A stretch of 64,000 nucleotides of DNA, from NCBI RefSeq assembly GCF_018977255.1, contig NW_024704742.1, positions 102,674,001 to 102,738,000 on the forward strand. The letters run 5' to 3'. A model generated the notes under the pieces. The model had not been told where the DNA came from, ran no database searches, and saw only the letters and a list, made by a program, of their open reading frames with translations. The position numbers were made by a program, and so were the translations under genes. Numbering within the stretch: position 1 is the first letter of the stretch; every line of letters starts with the position of its first letter. Source of the DNA: Callorhinchus milii. Its lineage: Eukaryota. Positions 12,400 through 23,029 of the stretch are shown here, one piece after another.

Positions 12400-15266
12400 C
12401 TGGGTCAATAGAAAAGTGCGGGCGCACCTTTTCCGCAACAGCGGGCCTCGTCTGCTACAAACCCACTGTAAGAAGCACCTCGGGTAGTGACCGTTACCCA
12501 CAGTGCGCTCGGCCCCAGGCCTCTCGCGCTGTTCGCTCAACGCCGCTACTGTGGCCGGAGCGGCTCCGACCTCGCATGCGCGGTGCAGTGACTTTTGGGA
12601 TCGCGGAATCGACGGGAAACCGACTTCGCCGGTGAGTGAACCTCAACAGGAAAAATCAGCTGCGTCACACACGCTCCCACACAGTCCTGGTAAGTGCTGT
12701 ACTATTTCAAATTAAGATATTTAGTATTTTGAACGTAACTACATTTTCAGGAAATTCACACCTCTCCGGGCTGTTTCGCTTTTTAGGTTGTTCAATACAA
12801 AACTGTCCCAAGTTTTTGTAAATCCCACGAGGAAGCCTCATTTTCCGCCTATCTCTCAGATAGAAACTGTGCTCTATCCAGATGGCCTTTATGAAGAAGG
12901 GGGTCAGGTGTTTCGCCATGTTTGTTGTCACACAATTGCCCATGTTCGCAAGTTCACTGATGAGCACATGAAATCTCGGAAACAGTGTGAGCGGCAGTAA
13001 AGAAAAAAACCATCACTGCTTTGTAATACATACTTATTACAAACCATCACAGCTTTGTAATACATACTTTTTATATATATAATATTAAACGAAAATGTAT
13101 CATTATTAGTTTTCACTTCAATTTGAAAGAAAATCTTAATTTGTAACTATTACAAAAATTAATCTCCCTCCTTTTTTGATTGAATTTTAAAAGCACATAA
13201 AACAACCACAGCAAACCAAAACAAACAGACAGAACATTTCTAACCACAAATGCATCATGAAGATCAATTTTTATTTTTTTCTTTATAGGTGGATCTGGAC
13301 CTCAAAGATAACTTGCTCTGACAACCTGCTTCTCTAGAGCCACTGCATCATCTATGGAGAGAACATAATTCATATTGGATTTTGTGCAGTGTTTGATGAG
13401 AGCAGACATACTACTTGAAAAACTGCCTTCCAAGAGTTTCTATGCAAGTACAAGAAACGGAGGGATTATTCCAACACCATCACAGCTTTGTAATACATAC
13501 TTGAAGGAGCTTATTCCTCAGAGAAACCCTCCTCTTTTTGAAGAGTGCTGTGGGATCTTCAGAGTCCACCTGAACAAGCTGTCAGGACTTCAGTTTAAAG
13601 TCTCATCCAAAGATGGCATCTCCATGAAGCATTTTTGCATGAAGCATTTTTGAAGAAATATGTTGAGGACACGGATGTGTACTGGTTCCTGGATGAGACC
13701 ACTGATTCCAACGGGCGCAGTATTCTGGCAGTGCTGCCACAGCTACTGCAGAAAGTTGGGGAGAAGCATCTTATTGGAGTAAAATTTTTGCAGTGAGTCA
13801 ACCACGCCACTGTGTCACAAGCTCTTCTAAAAGTCTTAAATGTAAAAATGGTTAACTTTGATAAAGTGCTTGCAGTTGCCACAGTCAGTGCAAGCTACCT
13901 GAATCAAAGCATTTAACACAGTTCTGTCGGGATTGTTTTGTGCATTGCCCATCTTCTAAACTTGATTTTGGAAATTTGATCTGTTATACTGGAGGACTTA
14001 AACACAGTGGTTGTTATGGTCAAAAAAGTCTTCTGCCAAAGTCCAATGCACCGGCATCAGTACTTAAAGTTATGGAGACAAAGGATGGAATTAAACCACA
14101 GACGTCGTTGGTGCTCCTGGGTGAAGACTGTTGAATATTTGTGTGAGTACTTGCCTGTCTTGGCAGAATTTCTTCAAGGAATTGCATCAGAGACCTTAGC
14201 AGTGAAAAATAACGCTCTTGAACAATAACACTGCAGAATTGCAAGCCCAAGCAATCTTTGTCACAGAGCACTCATCTGAGCTCATAAAACTCATTGAAGA
14301 ATGTCAGGCAACAGCTGTGCCTCAGGGCCACAATCTGTACTTACCGGTCCAAAATTTACATTTGTTTATTGATTTCTGTGCCACTGCTGAAGCACAGGAG
14401 TACAGACCAAGGACAAAGGAATAGTTGGCATCCTGTTCTGAGAGTGAGGAGAGAGGCATGTGTGAACCTTTTCCAGAGAATCATGCAAGCCAGCAGTGAA
14501 AAGTTGGCACTGATTTTGAAAAAGCATCCATCAATTGCTACCTATAAAGCAGTTCATATTTTTGATCCTCACTAGCTAGCAATAATGGATGCAGAAAAAG
14601 ACTTATATAGTAATGTGATTCCTGCCCTTTCAACTATTGCAAACTTCAAATGGCATGCTTATAAAGCAGCTGGAGAAAATATCACAGCAAACCACAAAAT
14701 AGCAGCATGGAGAGGAGCTCAGCTTGAGCCACTTGTGAAACTTGCTAAAATTGCGAAAAGGTACATTTGGCTACCAGTGAGCACAGTTGATGTTGAAAGG
14801 TCATTTATGTTTATTCAGACCTCCTCAAAGATAATAGACAAAGCCTAATAAGAGAAATTATAAATTATAAATATTCTTCTCATGTTAAAATTTAACCAGC
14901 ACTAAACTTTTGGCTGAGAATTTTTTGTTTGGTTTCTGTGGAAATTTGATTTCGAATATTAGAATTTCTCTGCAAACTGTGTTGAAACTGCACTTTTGCA
15001 TCTTTTGAAAGGTGCTATCTTCTGTTTTTGTTAAAACATTAATACATTGTTTTTTTTGCAATAAGCTATGATGTGTTATTTATTTTTTACTAATAATGAG
15101 AAAAGAGAAAAAATGTAGGTTAGCAGCAAAATGTGTCTCTCAATAGCATCAATCAACCTCCACAATTTTCTGCAAAATTTGGCAAACTTCTCTGCAATGC
15201 CCCGCAAGGCTAGCAAAATGCTCTGCAATTTTTTGCAAATATTTTCACACTTTTCTATTGGTCCAG
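12400..15266 (+). mobile_element. Full-length decayed hAT DNA transposon with a CGGBP1-like transposase, in COMMD10 intron 1
   Basis: 19-bp TIRs CTGGGTCAATAGAAAAGTG (12400) and CACTTTTCTATTGGTCCAG (ends 15266), 17/19 match. 8-bp TSD tttatgac (12392-12399) / cttatgac (15267-15274). Internal transposase remnants. Confidence 0.9.
12829..14900 (+). pseudogene. hAT transposase pseudogene: CGGBP1-like BED-type finger and dimerisation region, DDE core, C-terminal hATC motif
   Basis: LYEEGGQVFRHVCCHTIAHVRK..EHMKS and LDFVQCLMRADILLEK..RNGGIIPTPSQLCNTYL resemble CGGBP1 (LHEDGGKLFCTSCNVVLNHVRK..DHLKS; QDFVKMCLEANIPLEK..KNGGSIPKSDQLRRAYL). Downstream are FLDETTD (13692), CIAH (13941), RWCSW (~14105) and LPVSTVDVERSF (~14795). 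Multiple stops and frameshifts. Confidence 0.88.
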
Positions 15267-15746
15267 CTTATGACTAAACAAAATGCTCATTTGCATTATT
15301 GTCTATTAAACAGCTTTGTTCCGTTACTGACATCAGCTGTACATTACCCTGCTGAGTCTGAAAAACAGAAATGCCAGGTCTCTGCCGGCAAGTAGAAATA
15401 AATTTAAAGAAAGCTTGAAGTGAGAAATTGTCATTCAGTCTACATTTCACACAACCTCCATTCACATGACCTCCACTTGAGTCTCTCCCAAAACTCTCAA
15501 ATGTATGAATGCAGGATTCCAGAATTCTATCTATCTCCACATCTCAATTCTGCCCAGTTTCCTACTACTCATGCATACTCATCACTAGGTATGCAACTTA
15601 TTCTGTCTGTGAATATCCCATTAACTCCCTTTCCCCAGTTCCAGATAGTGATCCAGTTCCTTTTACATCTCCCACAAAGTAGGCTTTCCTAGGTTGTTTT
15701 TTAATAAATGGCTTCTATTCACAATTACCACACTTCTTGCAAAAGA

Positions 15747-16070
15747 TGACTGGCTGGCTCAGTTGGCGGCATTCTTGCTTCTGAGACAGAAGATTGTAGG
15801 ATAATGTCACATGTTGAAACTTTGACCCCATAGTGCTGGGGGAGTGCTGAATTTTTGGAGATGTAATCTTTGGATGAGGGTTTAAACTGAAGTCCTGACA
15901 GCTTGTTCAGGTGAACCCTGAAGATCCTACAGCGCTCTTCAAAAAGAGAAGGGTTTCTCTCAGTGTCTTGGGCAATGATCCGCCTGGCAAAAAATAGGCA
16001 TTCACTTCATGGCTATTACTGTGGCAAACTGGCTGCCACATTCGTCTAAACAGTAACTACAATTTGCAGA
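15747..16070 (+). mobile_element. Deu-domain SINE (older type)
   Basis: GGCTGGCTCAGTTGG head, then CTTTGGATGAG...GTTCAGGTG...AAGATCC and CAAACTGGCTGCCACATT, typical of the Deu central domain. Confidence 0.65.
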
Positions 16071-16081
16071 AAATTCTATGA

Positions 16082-16480
16082 TGTCCCAGAGAGGATCGAC
16101 TTCAAGATCCTCACCCTTGTCTTCAAATCCCTCCACTCCTCTGCACCACCTCCTCTCTCCTCAAAACAGTACTCATTGTCTTCGTTCCTCTGGGTCTGGC
16201 CTCCTCCTTGTCCCCCGAGTCCTCCACTCCACCCTCGGCGGCCGTGCCTTCAGCCACTAAGCCCCGAGGCTCTTGAACTCCCTTCCTCACTCCCTTTGCC
16301 TCGCCCCCTCTTTTCCTATTTTCAGGTCTCTGCTGAAGACCTTTCTTTTCGACCGCGCCTTTGGTTCCCTTCCTCCTCCTCCTCCTCCCGGCTCAGCCCC
16401 GGGATCCGTTACTGTGAGGCACTCTGAGACGCTGTTCGGCGTGGAGGGCGCTATATAAATCCAAGTTGTTGCTGTTGTTG
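16082..16480 (+). mobile_element. L2 3' fragment
   Basis: QRIDFKILTLVFKSLH, GGRAFSH, LKTFLFDRAF; GTTGTTGCTGTTG tail. Confidence 0.85.
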
Positions 16481-17151
16481 AGAAATTTCAATGTAATAGA
16501 CGCTATATAATAATAATAATCCTTGCATTTGATATAGCACCTTATCATGTCTTCTAGACATCTCAACGCGCTTTACAGAATATACTGTAAAGTGAATTGA
16601 CTGTGCTACAGATTCCACAAAACTCCCAAGCATCGTTGCTTGGGATCCATAAACCCGCTCCGGCTCCCACGCTAACAGAAACACGGCTGACTCTCGGGCC
16701 ATCGGGACAACATCAACGTCACGTCCCATTCGCTGCGTACGTGTACGTGTACTGTGTACGTGTGAAGTGGCATTGGTGATGAACTGACGACCCCGAAGGT
16801 GTCCACGTTTCTTTCAAACACCAACAACTCGCGTCACATGCGGCGTCTCAGAGCGCTTACGTTTCTCTCGATCAGGGAACATCAAACATGTTTAACACCC
16901 ACTCCCCTCCCCGGGGGGGACATAACCCCCAGGTTCCCAATGGACGGAAAACGAGCTTTAACATTCAGGTGGAAATTAAGAATTTGCCAAAATTCCACAG
17001 GAGCTTTAATTTTCAAACCAGGGATTTAAACCCAGTGAGAGGGGGAGGGGAGGGGGGGGAGGGGAGGGGGGGGAGGGGGGGGTAAGGAGGTTATCTAAGC
17101 AAACACAGGCATCACATCCTGGAGTTGTCCCCACCACTGGGGTCTGTTTAC

Positions 17152-17180
17152 CTCGGAGTCTCCGTGACAATCGCAGCCAT
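17152..17180 (-). CDS. COMMD10: COMM domain-containing protein 10, coding exon 1 (MAAIVTETP + AG, phase 2)
   Basis: Minus strand reads GAGG ATG GCT GCG ATT GTC ACG GAG ACT CCG AG|GTAAAC. It sits in a CpG-rich segment and joins exon 2 in frame to give MAAIVTETPSIKRAV. Confidence 0.85.
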
Positions 17181-17360
17181 CCTCGGCCGCCTGTCAATCA
17201 CCTGTCAATCACCTGCAGCTGGACCCCGGGCTCAGAACCTTCCCCGGATCCGCGCGCTCAGCAGCGGCGTCACGTGACTCGACTCAGCCGCTGACAGCCG
17301 ACGGAAGCTCAGGAGGCGCGAGCGTCCAGAACCCCACTGAGCAGCCAGGGGGGCGGGGCC
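17181..17360 (-). promoter_or_regulatory. COMMD10 CpG-rich promoter/5' UTR
   Basis: GC box GGGGCGGGGC at ~17350, ETS-like CGGAAG at ~17302, palindromic E-box GTCACGTGAC at 17269-17278, and two TGATTGACAG decamers (minus strand) at 17191-17211, directly upstream of the ATG. Confidence 0.75.
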
Positions 17361-17377
17361 AGGCACAGCACTGAGAC

Positions 17378-18062
17378 AGGGCATCAGGATACACAGGGGC
17401 ATGGGCATCAGGATACACAGGGGCATGGGCATCAGGATACACAGGGGCATGGGCATCAGGATACACAGGGGCATGGGCATCAGGATACACAGGGGCATGG
17501 GCATCAGGATACACAGGGGCATGGGCATCAGGATACACAGGGAGATGGGCATCAGGATACACAGGGGCATGGGCATCAGGATACACAGGGGCATGGGCAT
17601 CAGGATACACAAGGGGGTGGGCATCAGGATACACAGGGGCATGGGGATCAGGATACACAGGGGCATGGGCATCAGGATACACAGGGGCATGGGCATCAGG
17701 ATACACAGATGGGCATCAGGATACACAGGGGGATGGGTATCATGATACACAGGGTGATGGGCATCATGATACACAGGGGGATGGGCATCATGATACACAG
17801 GGGGATGGGCATCATGATACACAGGGGGATGGGCATCATGATACACACAGGGATGGGCATCATGATACACAGGGAGATGGGCATCATGATACACAGGGGG
17901 ATGGGCATCATGATACACTGGTAGTTTGGCATCATGATACCCAGGGAGATGGGCTGATACACAGGGAGATGGGCATCATGATACACAGGGAGATGGACAT
18001 CATGATACACAGGGAGATGGGCATCATGATACACAGGGCGATGGGCATCATGATACACAGGG
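17378..18062. repeat. 24-bp minisatellite, ~28 copies (ATGGGCATCAGGATACACAGGGGC, switching to ATGGGCATCATGATACACAGGG(G/A)G)
   Basis: Directly visible tandem array with two sub-arrays. Confidence 0.97.
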
Positions 18063-21000
18063 AGAAGATAAATAAAAGAAAGGAGCAAATAGACAAAGAG
18101 AGGGCAGAGAGATTAATAGATAAACAGCAAGGACAGATAGACAAAAGGACAGAAAGATACACAGAACGACACACAGTAGAGGAAATACGTTATTTACTGT
18201 TTATTAACAATGAACAAAAAAAATCTGTTCATCAAGGTCAATATTGAAGCTAATAGGAAGAAAAATGAACCCTGACAACCCTGGGTTCCACTTATTAACA
18301 TTGTCATTACTGAAGCTTGTTCATATTGTGGATGTGCGGAGTTAAATCACATGTGAGAAATGCAATAAAATTGTAAAAATTGCACAATAAATAGATTTAT
18401 CATCAATAAGTCACACAAAGTGTAGCGTATATTTGAAGGGGCACCATATTTATAGGGGAATGTAGCAAACTTCTCTTTTTGTGTACAAACTCACCATCCC
18501 GTTGTGTAAATTACAATGTATTGTCATGTCTCTTTAGTACCTTTTTTTTGTTAAGTTCTGTGCTTCTTGGACAACTGCCTGAGTCCATTTGTTGTTGTGG
18601 CCACTTGCTGTAAACAGACCACATAAGGTCCTGAAGGGAGAGGAAAGAGATGGAGGGATAACTGTCTGCATATCAATTGCACAGTTCTCTGCTTCCTTTG
18701 TGTAATCTACATTAAGAATTGGGGCGGGGTGCGAAGGGTGTTTGGAAACAGAATGTCAGAATCGAGTCAACTCTCTGTGGCCGTCTCAGCAGTGCAGTTC
18801 CTGAGCCAGATGGGTCCACAGTACTTCAGGGCACTGCAGATGACAGACCAGCCAACCTGGCTCATTGGCAGGATTTGAAGGAAGAGATCAGTCACTGGCT
18901 GCAAGAATCCCTCCTATCCCTGTCAGGATCCCAGGCTCGAACAACTTCAGGACCTTGGGATGTCCTCCCAACGTGAAAGCCACTTTACAAATGTAGTATT
19001 GAATTGTCTTTTGCCCTTACCTTTGTAACTTACTCCTTTTTAGATTCATGGTGAGGTTCAATTTGCTGAATTTTACATTTGAGACTGACTGAGGTTGACT
19101 TATGTTCCATATCACCACATAGTAATTCTTATATTCTGGTTCAAACAAAAATCACTTTAAACAGCCAGTTTTCCACAGAAAATGGAGAGGGGCAAACAGA
19201 TAAAACTACTATACTACTGGCCAGATCGATGGAGAAGCAAGAAATCAGTTACAAACTAAATAAAAACAAGTGCTAGAATAAATGGATGAAATGTGAAAAA
19301 ATGTGAAGAAGAAAGAACCATGATAATAGGATTGCTGGTGAAGAAAAAAAATACACTTACAACTGAAAGTTGAATTCTTCCAAAATATTTCTTTAATCTT
19401 GATATATGGTTGCTGTGCTACAGTAATAATAATCCTTGCATTGATATTGCACCTTATCACATGTTTATATATTGTAAAATTGAATGACTATATTTTTGTG
19501 AGCGAAAACATGACCATCATCTACATGGAGACCGATTTGTAACCCGTCAACAGCTGACTGGAAATCTTAGACACCTGCCTTGTTCATTTTGTGGCTTCTT
19601 TATTTTTTTAAATAGTTTAAACAGTTTTTTTACTGTATGGTCACGCTGTTTCCTGTTGAAAAACCTTGACTCGAGTTGTTGTGGAACCACATCCCCCTTC
19701 AGTTCTGCGCACAATTGTCTGCTGCATTTTGCCCACAAAATATACAGTCAATTCACTTTACAGTATATTCTGTGAAACGCTTTCAGACATCTTGAAAGCG
19801 TAATAAGGCGCTTGATTATAATCCAATGATTATTAAGGACTTTATTCTAACTGGATCTCTGACCGACCAGTTAGTAGCTTACTACACCTGCTGTCTTGTG
19901 GAACTTTCTAAACCCAAAACTCACAATGCTTGGTTGCAAAGATTTGAAGATTTAATGAATACAAAACATTGCCTTGAATGCCTTCCTTTATTCTGACAAA
20001 CTGGTCCTCTCTTTGTTTTGCAACAATCCAAGTACTACATGACAATTCATTTGAATCATCAACACTTCTCAATGTTAATATTTAGTAGAGTAAATGAAGC
20101 TAAAGATACACAAGTTCAAAAATGAACGACTAAACAATTTATTAATGGTTCACACGCAATAACATTGTGATTAATTTCAATATAATTTTAATAATAATAA
20201 TAAGCTAGTACATTTTCCTTTGATTTTTAGGTCTTGGACTTAAATCTTGCCCAGAATGTTGCAATGGGAGTCTCCTCACTCAACTGATTGTAAGAAATTC
20301 CTATAAGGCTTTCTTAACCTAATTTGTGGTTGAATCACAAATTTGTGGATGCTTGATTTATTCTTGCTACAGTAATTCCAAATGACAGAGAGTAACGAGT
20401 AAGTAAATATAGCCATGAAAGTGTGATGAAACTTTGATTCTAGTAGCTTCAGACAAAAATACAGATGTAGTGTGCTTTTGTGAAAAGAGGATACGACAAT
20501 TTGATGTTTGCGAAATGGTCTCAATAAGGAGCAAAATGTCTGATAACAAGTGGCTACAACTGTTTGCTTTGGCTACAGCTAATATTTCTCATAATTGACA
20601 GCAAGTTTTGAAATGATATTACAATTAGGCCACCTTGTGGTCCAGATAGTCTGAAACAACGGATGGTATTGGAGCCTTGAATGGGCTCCCAAACAAGCCA
20701 ACATGCAACGCAGGTGAAATAGATGTTTGTACTTGTGGCATGTATTGTACCACAAACAAAGGAAAAACACTTCTTGGCTGCACATTATTCCCCAACAAAC
20801 TGAAATTCTAATCATTAACTTAATCAAAGTTTTGTAGTAGAAATTATACATTTGATATCAAAATTATATTGATAAAGATAAATGGAATAATTCTGTAATA
20901 TACGCATATATTATATGCAACATTTTATTCTTCACAACATACATACTAGAATTATATTACAGTCAGAAAAAAAATTGGAAGGGATCCCGTAAATTAATTT

Positions 21001-21121
21001 ATACTTAAACTATCAGCCATCAGTTGTACTAAACATAGAAAACAACAACAAATTGCATTTGTATAGCTCCTTTCATATCAGAAGGATGTCCCAAGGCACT
21101 TTTAAAACCTTTTAAATCACA

Positions 21122-21383
21122 TTATTGTATAAAGTCATTCAAATCAGAACATATTCCATTTGAATCAAAGTTTGGGAACATCTGCACTGCATCACTTCCT
21201 TCAGTTTCAATTTGCTCATAGATCCATTTTCTGTTACATCGGCATTTAGGACCACATTTCCAAGAGCTGCACTTGGGGCAGGGATAGAAACAGCCAGAAC
21301 AGTTTGCATTTAGACAGTCACATAGGTCTGTACCACAGAGAAGGAGCTTGCCCGCTTGGTCATATTTTCTCTGCCCATCAGCT
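21122..21383 (-). CDS. ARL14EPL: ARL14EPL last coding exon, Cys-rich ARL14-effector C-terminal domain ([58 protein letters not shown]...)
   Basis: The [25 protein letters not shown] pattern is diagnostic of ARL14EP/ARL14EPL. Adjacency to COMMD10 on the same strand fits the ARL14EPL paralogue. Stop at 21124-21122; total CDS 543 bp. Confidence 0.93.
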
Positions 21384-21623
21384 CTGATTTGGAAGTAGAG
21401 GAAAGAAAAGTGGTCAGGACATGTTTGGAAATACATGGAAACAAACTGCATTAAAAAAATCTCACTTTTAATATTTTCTCCAGGTGGCACACATTAGAGG
21501 CTGAAGACATAATTTCGGCAACATGTTTCCTAGAACTGACAAAGTTCATATACAGTAGGCTAGCTTGCTTTTGGGAAGTGGGGGAGAAAATTTTCAAATC
21601 ACATTTTAAAAAAAAGTCTTTTA

Positions 21624-21761
<138 letters not shown>

Positions 21762-22267
21762 CTATAAGAGATCAGTAAACAGGACTGTGTAAAGACAAAG
21801 CAAAAGAGCAGTAATAGCACGCATATAACATAGGAATTCAGGTTTAAAATACACTTTGTTTAGTTTATTAGTACTACAGTAAATATCTTTTTGCTATATA
21901 CATATATTTAGACTTTCAAATATATCTACAATATATACAATATACAATATATCTACAGTAGTTTGGAAACACAATCAGCACACACCCAAAAAGAATTGGT
22001 CACTCAATCCATGACTGTATGTGAGACATTGCTGTGTGCAACTGGCTACCACATTTCGCCCACAAAAAACACAGGCTTATTAGTATTATACTTTATAATA
22101 TATTCTGTGAAACCCTTTGAGATATTTCAAAGAAGTGATGAAGGGCTATATCAAATGCAAGGATGATTATTATTATCATCTGCCATACAATGATTTCAGC
22201 TTTTCAACAGATGCCATTTAAATGGATAGAACTGTGCAAGACCTCCAATCACAAATTAATACTGAAT

Positions 22268-22680
22268 TTGAAACAAAAACAGAAGTCACAAGGAACATTC
22301 AGCAGGTCAGGCAGCATCTATGAAGAAAGGAAAGTGAGTCAACGTTCCGGGTCCACAACCCTTCGTCAGAACTGGGGCACGTTGGGAGGGAGATGTTTTA
22401 AGGGCTAACAGAGAGGGGGGAGGCAGGGCAAGGAAGCCGAAGGAGAAAATGGGGGTAGAGGACAGGGATGATGGGTTAAGGTGGTGTCAATGATCCAAAA
22501 CAAAGGGGGGGGTTTGCAACAAACCAGAGGAATAGAGGTTTTAATACTGCAGAATAAAAGGGTGGGGGGAAGATTGCAACAAAATAGTTCCAGAGAGAAA
22601 ATGTGATGATGTGGTAATGGTCACAGAAGAGGGGCAATGTGAGCTGTTATGGTCTGAAATTGTTGAAATCAATTTTGAAG
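22268..22680 (-). mobile_element. Penelope-like element 3'/pLTR fragment
   Basis: Colinear with 25752-26160 (AAACAAAAACAGAAG..CAGCAGGTCAGGCAGCATC..CCCTTCGTCAG). Confidence 0.8.
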
Positions 22681-23029
22681 AATAAAACAGAATAAAAATA
22701 ATCTTTGCAGCTAACACCTTTCATGTCAAGATGGTATCTCAAATGGTTTTGCATGTTTTACTGTAAAGTGCATTGACTGTATTTTGTAGGCAGATTCTGC
22801 AGCTAATTTGCACACTATAATGTCACACAAGCAGCCATGAAATAAATGACTGACTTTATCTTAGGGATTGTGGGCCAAGAAATCGGAGAAACTCCCTTCT
22901 AATTTCAAATAGTGCCACAGGATCTTAAACTTCTATCTGAATAGACCTCCCAACACTGCATAAGAATGTCTGCCTTGACTATATAATTTCAAAGTCCTGA
23001 CATTTTTAAATTTACATTGAAACCATTTA

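Noticed and set aside
12788..13653. Functional domesticated CGGBP1 gene
   Set aside because: Zinc ligands are mutated, there are in-frame stops and insertions, and the sequence continues into a DDE domain bounded by TIRs and a TSD.
16657..16729. Alternative COMMD10 first exon (MARESAVFLLAWEPER)
   Set aside because: Its donor would be phase 0 and weak, while exon 2 needs phase 2. 17152-17180 fits better.
17232..18247. Long ORFs (VYPDAHAP, MGIRIHRG and LCILMPMP repeats)
   Set aside because: Translations of the stop-free 24-bp minisatellite; open in several frames on both strands.
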